DNA of 64,000 nt. Source: Ylistrum balloti (Eukaryota). Below are positions 34,430-46,600 of this stretch, piece by piece. The stretch covers positions 682,001 to 746,000 of the forward strand of contig NW_026782196.1 of NCBI RefSeq assembly GCF_031769215.1, in the 5' to 3' direction. Within the stretch, counting starts at the first letter, position 1, and each line of letters opens with the position of its first letter. Under the pieces are notes generated by a model that saw nothing but the letters and a program-made list of their open reading frames with translations, was not told the DNA's origin and made no database searches. The translations under genes and the position numbers were made by a program.

Positions 34430-37400
34430 GTTCACTGATGTCACAACATATTTTATTAATCAAATAAATGTAAATATATGTTATTTCTTAATAACTTTGT
34501 GTCACATGTTCAATCAATCTCCAGAAAATAGTCCATACAAATTGTTACACGTTAGTACATGTTCATGTAACGTCCACCAATCTCCAGAAAATGGACGAAC
34601 GTCCTTTTAGTAAGTTCATGTACAAATAACATCCACCTCTCTCCAGCCATGATGCAAGCTTTGGTCATCTTGATTGTTACTCAGAACTTTTTCACTCCAG
34701 AAATAGATAAAGTGTTTGATTTTACAACATCAGTTCTAGGAGTTTCCAGTTTTGTAAGTCATAACACAATGTAGTAACAATCCTGACATAACGTTCACTG
34801 GGTTTCTGTCAGACTCGTGTCTTGGCCGTCACAATGTAAACTAGGCAGGCCATTGAGTGTTTTCAGCCTGTATAAAAAAGAAATAGAACAGTATAGTTAT
34901 CACCAGCTCTTTTGTATAAAATCTATATCATTTTAATTTCGGAGTCTAATAGCGTTTATTCAGATGAATCAATGACTAATTTGATTAATCAATCTTACGA
35001 TAATTTACTTTTGTAATCCTCTGTTTCATCTCTACTAAACCATCTTAATTTGCTACAAGTAATTAATCTTAAATTTATCTTTAATCACTGACTATGATAT
35101 TAAAACTTTGAAGATTCATTGTGATCTACAGAAGACCTGAAAAGTGATGAAATGCAAGAAAACTTTAATTTAAATTCCACCCAAATGGATATTTAAAATG
35201 GATATCGACTGCATCATTCTATTTTAGTGAGTAACCTAAAGTTTATATAATGAAAAATGAATGACGGATCATAGAAAATTCCAATAGTACAATTGTGACT
35301 ATGTTGCAGGAGAAAATATACATACCCACGATTTTTACTGGAAATCAGTGGAAGAAATCAGCACCACCAGTAGGAGATTCTTTGCTACAGTCATACCTCA
35401 AAGAGTCTGTGATGAGTTGACATGCCAACCACTTTTGCAAATGCTTTTAAAATTGCAAATTTGTCCTACGACCATAATGGTAAACATCAAACTACAAATG
35501 AATATTCTGACCTCAGTTGTTAGTGCTAAAGCGAGACAAACCCCAGATTGAAAGTAATATTCAACTTTGAAGTTGAATTCTATAGGAAAAACCGGGACGA
35601 CTTAAAGGATGATGGACACACTACACAGTAAAATCGACATAACCTTTGCCAGTTTCCACACGATACTCTAATGACAAGGATGGGACATAGGAAACACTGA
35701 ACTTATCGGTCGTCTATTGTTATCATTATGATACGAAATGTCATCTTTCCACTGGATATGCTGGACAAAATTCCAACTGTAGTACACAAAACTTGTCTTA
35801 CATTTTTTATTCTTCAAAGCATACACACCATAGTTATAATTATCAAAAACATCTATCACCACACTTTCATGAATAAATCCACAGAATGTTTAGATTTTAC
35901 AAACCTTTAGACATAGAAACGTGTTGCTTGATACCTATGATATTCAGAATAAAAAGTTCAGTATGTTAAATAAAGGTTCCAACAAGAAATTTTTTCAGAG
36001 TTTTGGGCAACTTGGGAGGAAAAGAGAAATTACTGTTACTTAAATGGAAAAAGAATACAGAGGATTTTTTTGGGATAATGTTTAGCTGGTTACTCGACAG
36101 TTAAACTTCACCAAATAGGGATGACCTATTGTCATCAGGCACAGTCATCATCTCATCAAAATTCAGAGTAAGCCAAATTCAGACAGATCTCTGAATATAG
36201 TACCAGGCAGATCTAAAATCTGGTTGTTGCCCAGTCGCAAGTGGGCAGTTTAGATAGCTCATGAAAAAGAGCACCAGGCAGATCTTAAATTTGGTTGTTG
36301 CCCAGTCGCAAGTGGGCAGTTTAGACAGCCCATGAAAATGAGTACCAGGCAGATCTAAAATCTGGTTATTGCTCATTTGTAAAAAGACAAGTGTAGATAG
36401 TCCATGAAAAAGAGAGCCAGGAATTGCCTTTATCTGATTGGATTCTAGGGTGAGGATTGTAAGCTCTATATTCTTGAATTATTTTGTGTGTACATGTTTG
36501 GACTTAAATACCTATTTGTAAATGTACGACTATGAAGGCTGCCACCAGGCCATTCTGAAAACCCACCTTTATCTGGGTTTTTTTGTTCTTGAGATAAAAA
36601 TCCTTTACATTATTATATGGTAATCCTGGACAGGGTTTCGGGCTGGGTACAGGCTTTGGAGTACACCTATCATAAGTGACAAAATGAAAAGATGGCAGTT
36701 TGTGTTGAATGGGTAAGCACCTTGATGACACCAATATGGAATTTCTAAACACCATAAAATAAATGGAGTTTGTATACCCATTAGGGATTACCATAGCCCT
36801 TCACCTAGCTGAACGTGGTTTGATTCCCGGTTCAGATATGAAAAGGTATGGAGTCACCTGCCCAACCACATGGGTTTTCCACTGGTACACCAGTTTTCTC
36901 TTACAGTAAGATGCCCTGCATGCTTCCATCTGGACCCACAAGAATTATTAACATAAGCTAAAATCTTGTTTTATAATTGTTGTAAAATAAATAAAGTTTA
37001 TATTAATGGACAGGGAAATGTCTACCTAGCCATTTCTATATCTACATCGATTTCTGAATCCATCAAGTTATATCTTGCAGGGTTTTCCCAGACTGTCAAA
37101 AACACTTTATTTTGACTCCTTAATAAAAGATTGACAAAAGGTCCACAAAAATACACACTTTCACTCTGTTTTAAATATGATGCGATTCCCAGGATTTTTA
37201 CCATTCATAAATTTGAGAGTCTCAGAAAAAAAAAACCATGACTTTGTTCAGAGACGTGATATATAGGTCTCTGCTTTGTTGGTCAATACTTTGTCGATTT
37301 TATTTACTGTCATGTTACACTGATATATACAGCTCTTAGAATATAAAAAAAAAATATTTTGAAAAATGTGTTCAGATTTCCCTTCCTTTTTCACTGCTAC

Positions 37401-37685
37401 ATGTACATTTGTCACTGTACTGGCCGTTAGTTGGGAATTCGTGTCACGGTGATCTCTACTTCAATGATGTGAGAGGTTTACGCGGCGAGAAACTTATGAC
37501 AGGCGCCGTGTAACAGTCTTTACAATTTTGTTGGCCTAGATTACAGCTAGCTATAGGCCGACCAGTTAATTTGGTCTCGAACAAAAACCTGTCTTCTTTA
37601 TACTAAGCAAGACCTTTTCCACGGTATCTTGAACATCAAGTTTGTAGTTCTTCCATTTCAGAATATTAGTAACAATAAAATGCAT
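34430..37685 (-). CDS. Candidate small spliced gene of unknown function (about 107 aa)
   Basis: Phase-consistent exons 37685-37589, 37092-37026 and 36666-36512, plus a terminal exon starting at 34867 (strong acceptor ttctatttcttttttatacag; AATAAA at about 34452). Product: MHFIVTNILKWKNYKLDVQDTVEKVLLSIKKTVWENPARYNLMDSEIDVDIEMARCTPKPVPSPKPCPGLPYNNVKDFYLKNKKTQIKVGFQNGLVAAFIVVHLQIG*. The first donor (GTTTTT) is weak and no homolog is recognised. Confidence 0.35.
36180..36420. repeat. 71-bp tandem repeat x about 3
   Basis: Unit gtaccaggcagatctaaaatctggttgttgcccagtcgcaagtgggcagtttagatagctcatgaaaa. Confidence 0.9.
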
Positions 37686-37964
37686 ACATTTGGAGGAATT
37701 GGAAAACAAAGCATGGACGCCGCAACTTGCTGTGCCAAATACAAAGACGATTGCCTGGTTGATATTTCTGGAAAGTTGTCGCCCTTGTGACACTATGTTT
37801 TCAATTTACATCTTTTTCTGGGCCTTCTAACTTTTGGTCGTGTCGATATTAATGACATGTGCAATATGCAAGGTAAAAGTAAAGATAAGTCCTTGCTCGA
37901 ACAGTGTTGATTTATTTCGTGTTGTCACAATTGAAATATGAAATTCATTTTTATCAGAAATTAG

Positions 37965-40900
37965 GGTGATACTAATTACAGCCCAGTACCTTCAAGTACT
38001 GTCCGGTTTCACATAATATTTCCCGGCACCGCCCAACACCGTCTGGCATTGCCCGGGAACTATATATCCATCGCCCGGGTTTTAGTTTTATATTTGAAGT
38101 AGTCAAACTGCCCCGTAAGTAAATATATTCACAAAATCAATATTGTAAACAAAGATGGTAAGAAATAACCAAAATTGTCGGATTTACAGCCATTTGAAAT
38201 AAGTGATATACTAATAATGCGCTCAAAACGTGTTATTCGCTAAGTTAATATAAACTTTATTTTATTCTTATATATACATATACATTTAACAATACAAGAA
38301 CAATAATTAAAATTGGATTAGGAAATAAGCTTTTTTTTCTTATTTTTTTAAAAATCCGCCTCCGTATTCAACAAGTTGCCGCGATACCGGATGTGTGGAG
38401 CTGTTATTTCTATTAGTGTATCATGATATCTGTATCATATACAAAACTGGGGATAAATTTAATATTGAAAACCAGAAATGATGGAAAAATATTTAAAAAT
38501 GACCAAATTATTACCATTTGAAACAACTTCATTGCAACAATGCCCCGCATCTTTTTTTTCAATGCCAGCCCGCCCATGCTTTTACTTTTAGTATCGTTAA
38601 ATCTGCCTTATACATATACATTTGAATATCATGATCCAAGGTTTCTACCAAACTATTATCATTTTAAATCACAAATATCGCAACAACGCGGCGGCCGTAA
38701 TTCGTGCAATTTTAACATAATTTCATACGTACGTATTTCTTATCTATCACACCACATCTTTAAGCTTCATTTTCCATCAATTGCCCAGACGGACATTAAT
38801 AACATTGGCAAAATCGATAAATTGTTAAAAACTTTTCAAAGTTTCAAAATTATAACCATTTTAAATTCATTTAATTGAAATACCGGGATCAATCATTTGT
38901 CAGCTGCATATCATTTTTTTGTGTTACAATGTCTTAAAAATAGGCCTTAACTGAATTAAATTACAATTATTCTTAATACAATAATTTGAGAATGAGAAAT
39001 ACCGTAGATGCACATACAATCTAGTGGAGATGTTTGATTGAATATTAAATTATCTATATCTGTAATTTCAGATGAAAATAAAGTTGCCTATTGTTGTGTT
39101 TTAACTTAGGGGTTATTTGCAGCCTGGACAAAAAAAAAAAAAAAAAAAAAAATTCTTGGTTCCAACTCTGTTCAGATGAACTCCATCTTCACATAAAAGA
39201 CTATTCTTCAGAAAGTCGTGATTTCAAAAATGGAAATCACACTGGCCACTACCGCCGTACTGTTATAATATAAAGTTTATTTTCTTTGCTTACGTGTGTC
39301 TTAGTGTGCGTTTTGTGGAACGCCTAACTGCCGATGATATATTGCCGTTACACAAACGATGTCATTCGCTCCAAACTGGAGAAATACTACGACTGGCTTG
39401 TCTGATAAGGTGACAGTTCTTCTGTCATTTCTTACCCCCAACTCTGTACATGAGGGCATGCAGTTCAGGGGATGGGGCTATATTCTCTCACTGTATCCAC
39501 TCTGACAGTCTTCTGACAAAGCTGTGTCCTAACACAAATGCTGACAACATTTTTGCAATGTATGACTCTTTGGTTTGTAGTATCCGTGAATCCTCCTGTT
39601 GCCGGACATCGTCTCACCGACGAGCGTCCGTGTTCTGGCGACGTGAGGGGGTGGTCTGCATCCGTATCAGAGGATACTAGAGTGTTATAATCCACTCTAC
39701 TCCGGCGCATACACCTGTTCACTATTCCGATTTTTTTTGCAGTTATATATGTGATTTGCGTGACCGTGGTGATATAAAGGGTCATGAGATTTTAAGATAA
39801 GTTATGTTGAAGTAGAAAATATTATGATATGATGGTGATGTCTATGATGAATTAAGTTGTGAAAGAATTAGAATCACTATACGTGTAGGATGGTTAGGTT
39901 ATGTTTAGGCTATGTTTTTATAATGAGTGTTAAATCTTACTGGTTACACTTTGAAAAGAAATAGAGCAAAAAATAATTGGTCTATTCTATCCTCTTATGT
40001 ATTTAATATGTACATGAATTACTCATCCCTGCTGTTGTATACTGTCTGCAGCAACTACAACGCTTTAATTGGCGGATATTCTTCAGATTCAAACAAGCGT
40101 CTGTCGCTTTATAAAGGTTTAAACAAAGGGCGGTAACTCTGGGATATCAGAATGATCACCACGACGCGCGTCTGACAAGTAACGAGAAAAAAATCTTTAA
40201 AGATATTTAAATGGGAGATAGCATTTACATAAGGTTAACTTATTAACGATTCAAAACTAGTTTTCCCATCTTTTACTAAACACGTTTGCCAGTTTGTCCA
40301 GATTGAAACGCGCGAGGGGTCTTACTGCAGAAAGAACCCAGAAAAACAAAACAAAACAAAGGACGGAAAAACCACGTAGTTGGGCAGGTTACGCTTACCT
40401 TTTCAAACCCGTTCGGGCAATCGAACGCCGGATTCGGGCAATCGAACTCGGCACCTTTTGTTGAAAGACGAGTGCGTTACCACTGCGCCACCAGACCGCC
40501 CTCTGTGACACCGCTCCATCTGCTCTGGCTTATATCTAGAGTGAAAGATCCCAATGCCCTAGCTCAACAGTTTTAAAGTATTGGTACAGTTATGATGTAT
40601 TTTACTGTAAGGAGTCTCGCCGGAATAACTACTTGTATATATTTATATATAAATTAATACGTAATTACTTTAGATCGGTACACATCATGTTGAATTGTAC
40701 GAGTTGAGTTGAGGACCATGACCCTACTCTCGTTAATAACACACATGATGAAAGTCACCACTATGTTTTGATTTATTTTTTATTTGTGGTGAAACTGCAT
40801 TATTTATATAACTTTGTATGTGAATGCAGTTGATTTTATCGTAAAGATAAATAACAGGGTGCGAGCGCATTGTTACGATATCAGTAATTTGAAATAGGCA

Positions 40901-41255
40901 TGTTAACATAAGCATAATCCAACTCAAATTCAATAAAACTAGGGCAAAACATTTACAAGGGCGCTCTTCAAAAAGGAAAATGAGAATAAGACCAGGTGTT
41001 CCGGTGTTGCGAATACCAGGATTTATGTTGTGTTGTTGCAGGGACGTATATGTCATATACGTCCCTGGTTGTTGCGAACATTTTCTGATAATTTTGCACC
41101 ATATTTTACTATTATATTGATTTTGTTAATATCTTTACATATAGGACAACCTTTTAACGATATATATGCAAATAAAAGCCCGGACGGTTAAAAAAAAGTT
41201 TCCGGGCCGTACCGGGCAGTACCGGGTGGTGCAAGATTGTAATTAGTACCACCGC
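37965..41255. mobile_element. About 3.3-kb segment bounded by about 200-bp degenerate inverted repeats (putative old DNA transposon)
   Basis: The left end ggtgatactaattaca...ccgggtttt...gtaaatatattcacaaaatcaatatt matches the reverse complement of 41075-41255 (ggtggtactaattaca...ccgggctttt...gtaaagatattaacaaaatcaatata). Confidence 0.5.
39150..39550 (-). pseudogene. Decayed SGNH/GDSL hydrolase ORF of the type carried by Ngaro/DIRS retrotransposons or LINE ORF1 esterases
   Basis: Minus strand, across stops and frameshifts: AFVLGHSFVRRL (39521-39529, block I), PVVVFLQFGAND (39361-39372, block III) and LCEDGVHLNRVG (39176-39187, block V), in the canonical order and with plausible spacing. Confidence 0.7.
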
Positions 41256-43633
41256 TTTAGGGGCACTTCCTGTAAAGATGTCCTAGCTAATTCGTGTAAA
41301 AATCATTTATGAAGGAAAACAGTTCAGGTAAAATGTTGCATTTTATTTTTCTTTATAGCGATCGACTGCTTTATTCAATTAATTCATACACGGCCCTTTA
41401 AAATCGTTTGATACATTTAAAATGATAAAACAGTTCTACAACGTGTACCACGAGCCGTCAAGCGAACTCTGCGAATGACAGACATGACAGATTCTCTGAA
41501 TTATGAATTAGGCTTATCAGGTTCCGAAATATTTCATGTATCCAGCATTTGGCTTCTCAGACTAATAATTTTTCCCTTATATATGATACGAATGCTTCAA
41601 TTACTCTATATATTGCTTTATCAAGATCTTTGCAGACGACACCAAATAATTATTGAAAACTTATCAGATGTCAGAAACCGCAAGATTGAAATATGGTTAT
41701 ACAACTGTCATATATAACAACTTGAAACAAATAAGATATTCTGTCGCGACTACTATGTAGGCGATTCCACAAACTGTATCTATTAGCTATAAACACACCC
41801 AATTTTCATGGTTACTAGCTAGATTTCATAACCCACAACAAACTACAATGTGCAGAGTTCATATGTACATATACACACGACAGAAAGACTTGTGTTGATA
41901 GGGACGTATAATATGGAGGGATAAGTAACTAAGCCCATTGGTAACTTTTATGGCATGAGGTTTAGTGTTTGTGCACTGAGCCATGAAATCCTCTTTTCTC
42001 TATGTTGTTATCTAACCTCATGCCACTTCTACGCTGATCAGCTTGACCACTGCAGGTTTTTTTTTGGGGGTGAGAAGTGAATCTCACTTTTGTAACAAAA
42101 TGGTTTTATAAGCACAGTAAGGCAAGTTAACTCAAACGTCTATGCTGTAACATAACAAAAATATGTAGGTAGTTTCTTATCCCTCAGTATTACATGATCC
42201 TGGTTTATACAAGTAAATTACATGTTGACCTAGAGGCAATGTTGTAACTCTGACAACACAACTTTGTCATATTAATGCCATACATTACTACTATTGACTA
42301 TCAACATCTGAATTCTGTGGTGTTATTGGTTTACATGTTTTGGCTAGATAGAGTGATTCTGATGATGGCAAGTGTAGTAAGCCGAAATATGTAAACCAAT
42401 AATAAAACCACAGAATTCGGATCCTAGTAACACATACATTAGCTTTAAGAGAAATATTTATCTTTCTAATGCGGTGTTTGATGAATGAGATTGGTGAAGT
42501 AATTACCAAGTTAAGATCTGACGAATTTGGGAATACACCAGTATGTAGAAATGGCCAAGTAGACATTTCTCTGTCTGGTTGAAATACATTTTTGTCTTTT
42601 ATGGGTCACTCAATAACTTTTCCAATATTGCACAATTTACACTTGTGGCAGTATACAACAACCATGGCCATGTCCACACATAATGTCATTTGATCATGTC
42701 TCTTTACATTGTTGAAATTCCATATTAACATTAAGGTGCTCGCTTTCTTCCACAACACTTGCCATCTTTTCTTTAATGTTACCGATCACTGGTGTATGCC
42801 GTACCCATTCTCGGCCCTGGTCCCAAAACTTGGTCCTGGATTATGATAAATAATTGATATCTTAAGGGTGAAAAAATCGAAAAGTTTTCAAATTTTCTTT
42901 TAATGTTATCTCAAAATTTTTAAAATCTTACACCTTAAATGGATTGATTTTATTTTCTTATTTGTTGCATCAGAGACTTATAGTAAATGCCTCTGTTTAT
43001 ATCGGCGATTTGTATTTTTGAGGGGATGTAAATTTGAATGTAGCACTCAAACATGAAATTGTAATTAAGTCATTCAAAGAATTAGATTTTAAAAAAAATT
43101 GAAATATCGATTTATCTAGCTTTAGGCAAGGATTCCTCCATATTATGCAAATGTATTAAATATTTTTGTAATTTCTTGTCATAGAAACCCATGATAACCC
43201 AAAAATATTTTTCCACAACTCAATAATAAAAAAAAAAATTCAATTCGGTGAGAAAGAACAATTGTTGTAAAAAGGGCTAAGTATATACTGGTATAATATA
43301 CATATATATATGTATATGTATATAGGTATGTATCCTGAGTGTGATACCTCCATGCATATGGGAGAATGATGAGGATTGTCTACATTGGAAATGACTAGAA
43401 AGTAAATAGGTCATGAAGATTATTATTAATGCTGAATATTTTGGTATATGTTGACAAAATCTGTATCGCAGCATTTGTGGAGTGACACAATTTGCACCCC
43501 AGCTTGTGATGATAGTTTGTGTCAGTTTGTGTAATAGTTTCTTTGTCTATTCTTTTCCAGCTTGAAGTGGTAATGAAGATGAGATAATGAAAACACAAAC
43601 GTAGACTGACTTTGAGCTGCTTTAGGGTGCAGC

Positions 43634-46600
43634 ATGTCCCGACACTCCAGCGGTGGTGAGGTATCCTCGGGAACCTGGCTACTGAAAAATAATGGACAGC
43701 TCACAAGTGAGTCATTCTGCTTTAAAAGTAGTAAACAGATTATAAGTGGACCACTTTACAGAGATATAAGGACTACGGGGGAACTACTCCAGTTTTTGCT
43801 GGAAATTGCATTGAAATTCTCAGAATGTGCTATTTTGTATAGGAAAATCTCATCCTCTTTCCCCAAAGCCCAAAAATTTTCCAATAATATCTTAAATGAC
43901 CAAGAATGACATTTTAAGCCCACTACCATCAGGTGGTGGTCTGTTTTAATTGCCTTATATCCCTGGTCATTCACCTTTCATAAACAACTCTTGTTATCTT
44001 GTGAAGTGCTGGAATGATGCTCCCAATGGTGGACACCAAGGTCCCACTAGGATTTCTTGTATTGTCAGATTTTCCTTATTTTTAACAGATTTTATTTTTC
44101 CACATTTGTATTTTAGCCCACCATCTGATGATGTTGGGCTATTCAAATTGCCCCACATCTGTGGTCTGTCCGTATGCCTGTCTGTAAACATTTTTTTATC
44201 GCTATTTCTTTAGAAGTACTGAAAAAAACTTTTTTCAAATTTCATATGTAGGTTTCCCTTGGTCCCTAGTTGTGCCCATATGATTTTGGGACTAATCAGA
44301 AAAACAAAATGGTGGCCATCTTGGATTTCTCATAGTAAAGTTTGTTATCACTATTTCTTTAGAAGCACTCCAGGGATCTCTCTCGAAAACAAAATGTCTG
44401 ACGGGCAGTCATCTTTGATTTTGACTTTGAAAGTTTTTTATTGTAATTTGTTGAGAAATACAAAATGGATCTCTCTGCAATTTCATGTGTTGGTTCCTCT
44501 TGGTCCCTAGTTGTGCCCATTTGATTTTGGGACTGATAAAAAAAACCCCAAAATTGCTTCCAGGTGACCATCTTGGAGTTGGCAGTTTAAAATTATCATC
44601 GCTATCCCTGCAAAGGATCAATGTTCAAATTACTTATCATTGAGAGCAAAACAGAGAAGAGAAAAGAAAAGAAAGGAAAGGATCCAACTTTCAAAGAACA
44701 AATAAAGATCAAACAATAGTGGACACCAAAATCCCTGTGGGATTTCTTGTTTGTTGAACATTTAAAAGTATTAAATCATGAATTAATGAAAATTAAGCAA
44801 TAAATGTTTTAGAGACTGAATAATGGGCCTGAATTTTATTTAATGGCAACCAAAAGAAAGTTTTACAGTTTTAAATGCATGTATACCATTTTATGTAGTG
44901 GATTAGCATGCAACCACCATGTATTTTGATATCGACTTTTGAAAATTTTCACTGACTCTGCGTTGAAAATTCTTTTGTCAAGGATGTCTAGCTAGTGACT
45001 GTGGCATTCATTTACATGTGAACATTGTGCATGCCATTGATTAAAACCTTAGGATGGCCTAGTTTGACTTAAAGCATGTGTAACATCTGCTTATTTAATA
45101 TAGACATAATGTCAGTTCTACATCAGAGAAAAGTATTAAAATCAAACACCTATGTACTAATCATTCTTCAGTCTGTTTTGTTTAGAATTACTTGTACTCC
45201 AGTTCATTAAATCAAAACCAATAATTCATTTAAAAGAATATGTCTGTATAAATTATAACTGTTTCACTATAAACTTTGATAATGTGTTGATTACAAATTG
45301 TTCCTTTTGTATCCATCATTTCAGTCAATAGTTCAATAGTTTATATTGACGGATATTCATCAGAAGATTCAAGCAAATATGCCAGCCTGTGTGGCCTTAT
45401 TTATCTCCAGCCTGTGTGGCCTTATTTATCTCCATCTTGTGTGGCCTTATTTATCTCCAGCCTGTGTGGCCTTATTTATCTCCAGCCTGTGTGGCCTTAT
45501 TTATCTCCAGCCTGTGTGGCCATATTTATCTCCATCCTGTGTGGCCTTATTTATCTCCAGCCTGTGTGGCCTTATTTATCTCCAGTCTGTGTGGCCTTAT
45601 TTATCTCCAGTCTGTGTGGCCTTATTTATCTCCATCCTGTGTGGCCTTATTTATCTCCATACGGTATGGCCTTATTTATCTCCAGTCTGTGTGGCCTTAT
45701 TTATCCCCAGCCTATGTGGCCTTATTTATCTCCAGCCTATGTGGCCTTATTTATCTCCAGCCTATGTGGCCTTATTTATCTCCAGCTTGTGTGGCCTTAT
45801 TTATCTAGTCTTGATTTTGATGAAGACTGTTTGAAACAGGGGTGCTGATAGAAAAATCTGAGTGCCATGGAATAAAATCTAGATCTGGTTCTTTATACAG
45901 ACCTTTAAACATTGTCTATAGCAGCAAAGCCTTCTCTATATTAATTTATCCCCATCTGTGAAGAGTGGAGAGGTTTTGTGTCCTGTGATCTGTTGTTCTG
46001 CTGCAATGAATCTTATCTTTGCACTCTCTCCTACAATACTAGTCACTGGAACTATACATATGAGATAGAGGTTCACTTTGGTGAGGCAGTGTTTAATGTG
46101 TCAAAATAGGTCACTCTGACCGACATTTTGATCTTTGACCTTCATCAGACAAAAAATGTCTGGGGTATGAGTTCATCTTGGTTAGGCAGTATCTTGATGG
46201 GGTACTGTAATTCATCAAATTGTCCCGTTGATTGTTTTATGAATATAAAGAACTTTAATTGAGGACAGAGTACCTCGAAATCAAAACTTCATAAATGCTC
46301 CTTGATTGAAGGAGAAATGTACTCAAAAGTACAGGGTGGATTTTTCTCAAATTTCATATGTAGGTTTCTCTTGGTCCTTTGTTGTGCCCTTTTAATTTTC
46401 AGACTGATCAGAAAAACTAAATGGCCAACAGGCGACCATCTTGGATTTTACTTTGCATTTTATTATTGCTATTTCTTGAGAAATGCTTAATGGAACTTTC
46501 TCAAATTTCATATGTATGTTCCCCTTACTTTCTGGTTGTGCCAGTTTGATTCTAAGTCTGATCAGAAAGACAAAATGGCTGACAGGTGGCCATCTTTTAG

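Noticed and set aside
35668-35960. Possible extra exon of the minus-strand candidate gene, with weak BRICHOS-like wording (DNYNYGVYALKNKKC)
   Set aside because: No combination of splice sites gave a convincing continuous frame, and the similarity is too weak.
40420-40500. tRNA-like sequence with A and B boxes
   Set aside because: The B box is duplicated, there is no complete cloverleaf, and it continues into a SINE body found elsewhere in the window.
43661-43670. GTATCC as a second U12 donor
   Set aside because: The sequence is GTATCCTCG rather than GTATCCTT, and its phase does not fit the next exon, whereas the GTGAGG donor at 43656 does.
45346-45848. Hydrophobic repetitive ORFs that look like membrane proteins (also 28875-29501 and 49184-49531)
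   Set aside because: Translations of 25-, 18- and 33-bp minisatellites.
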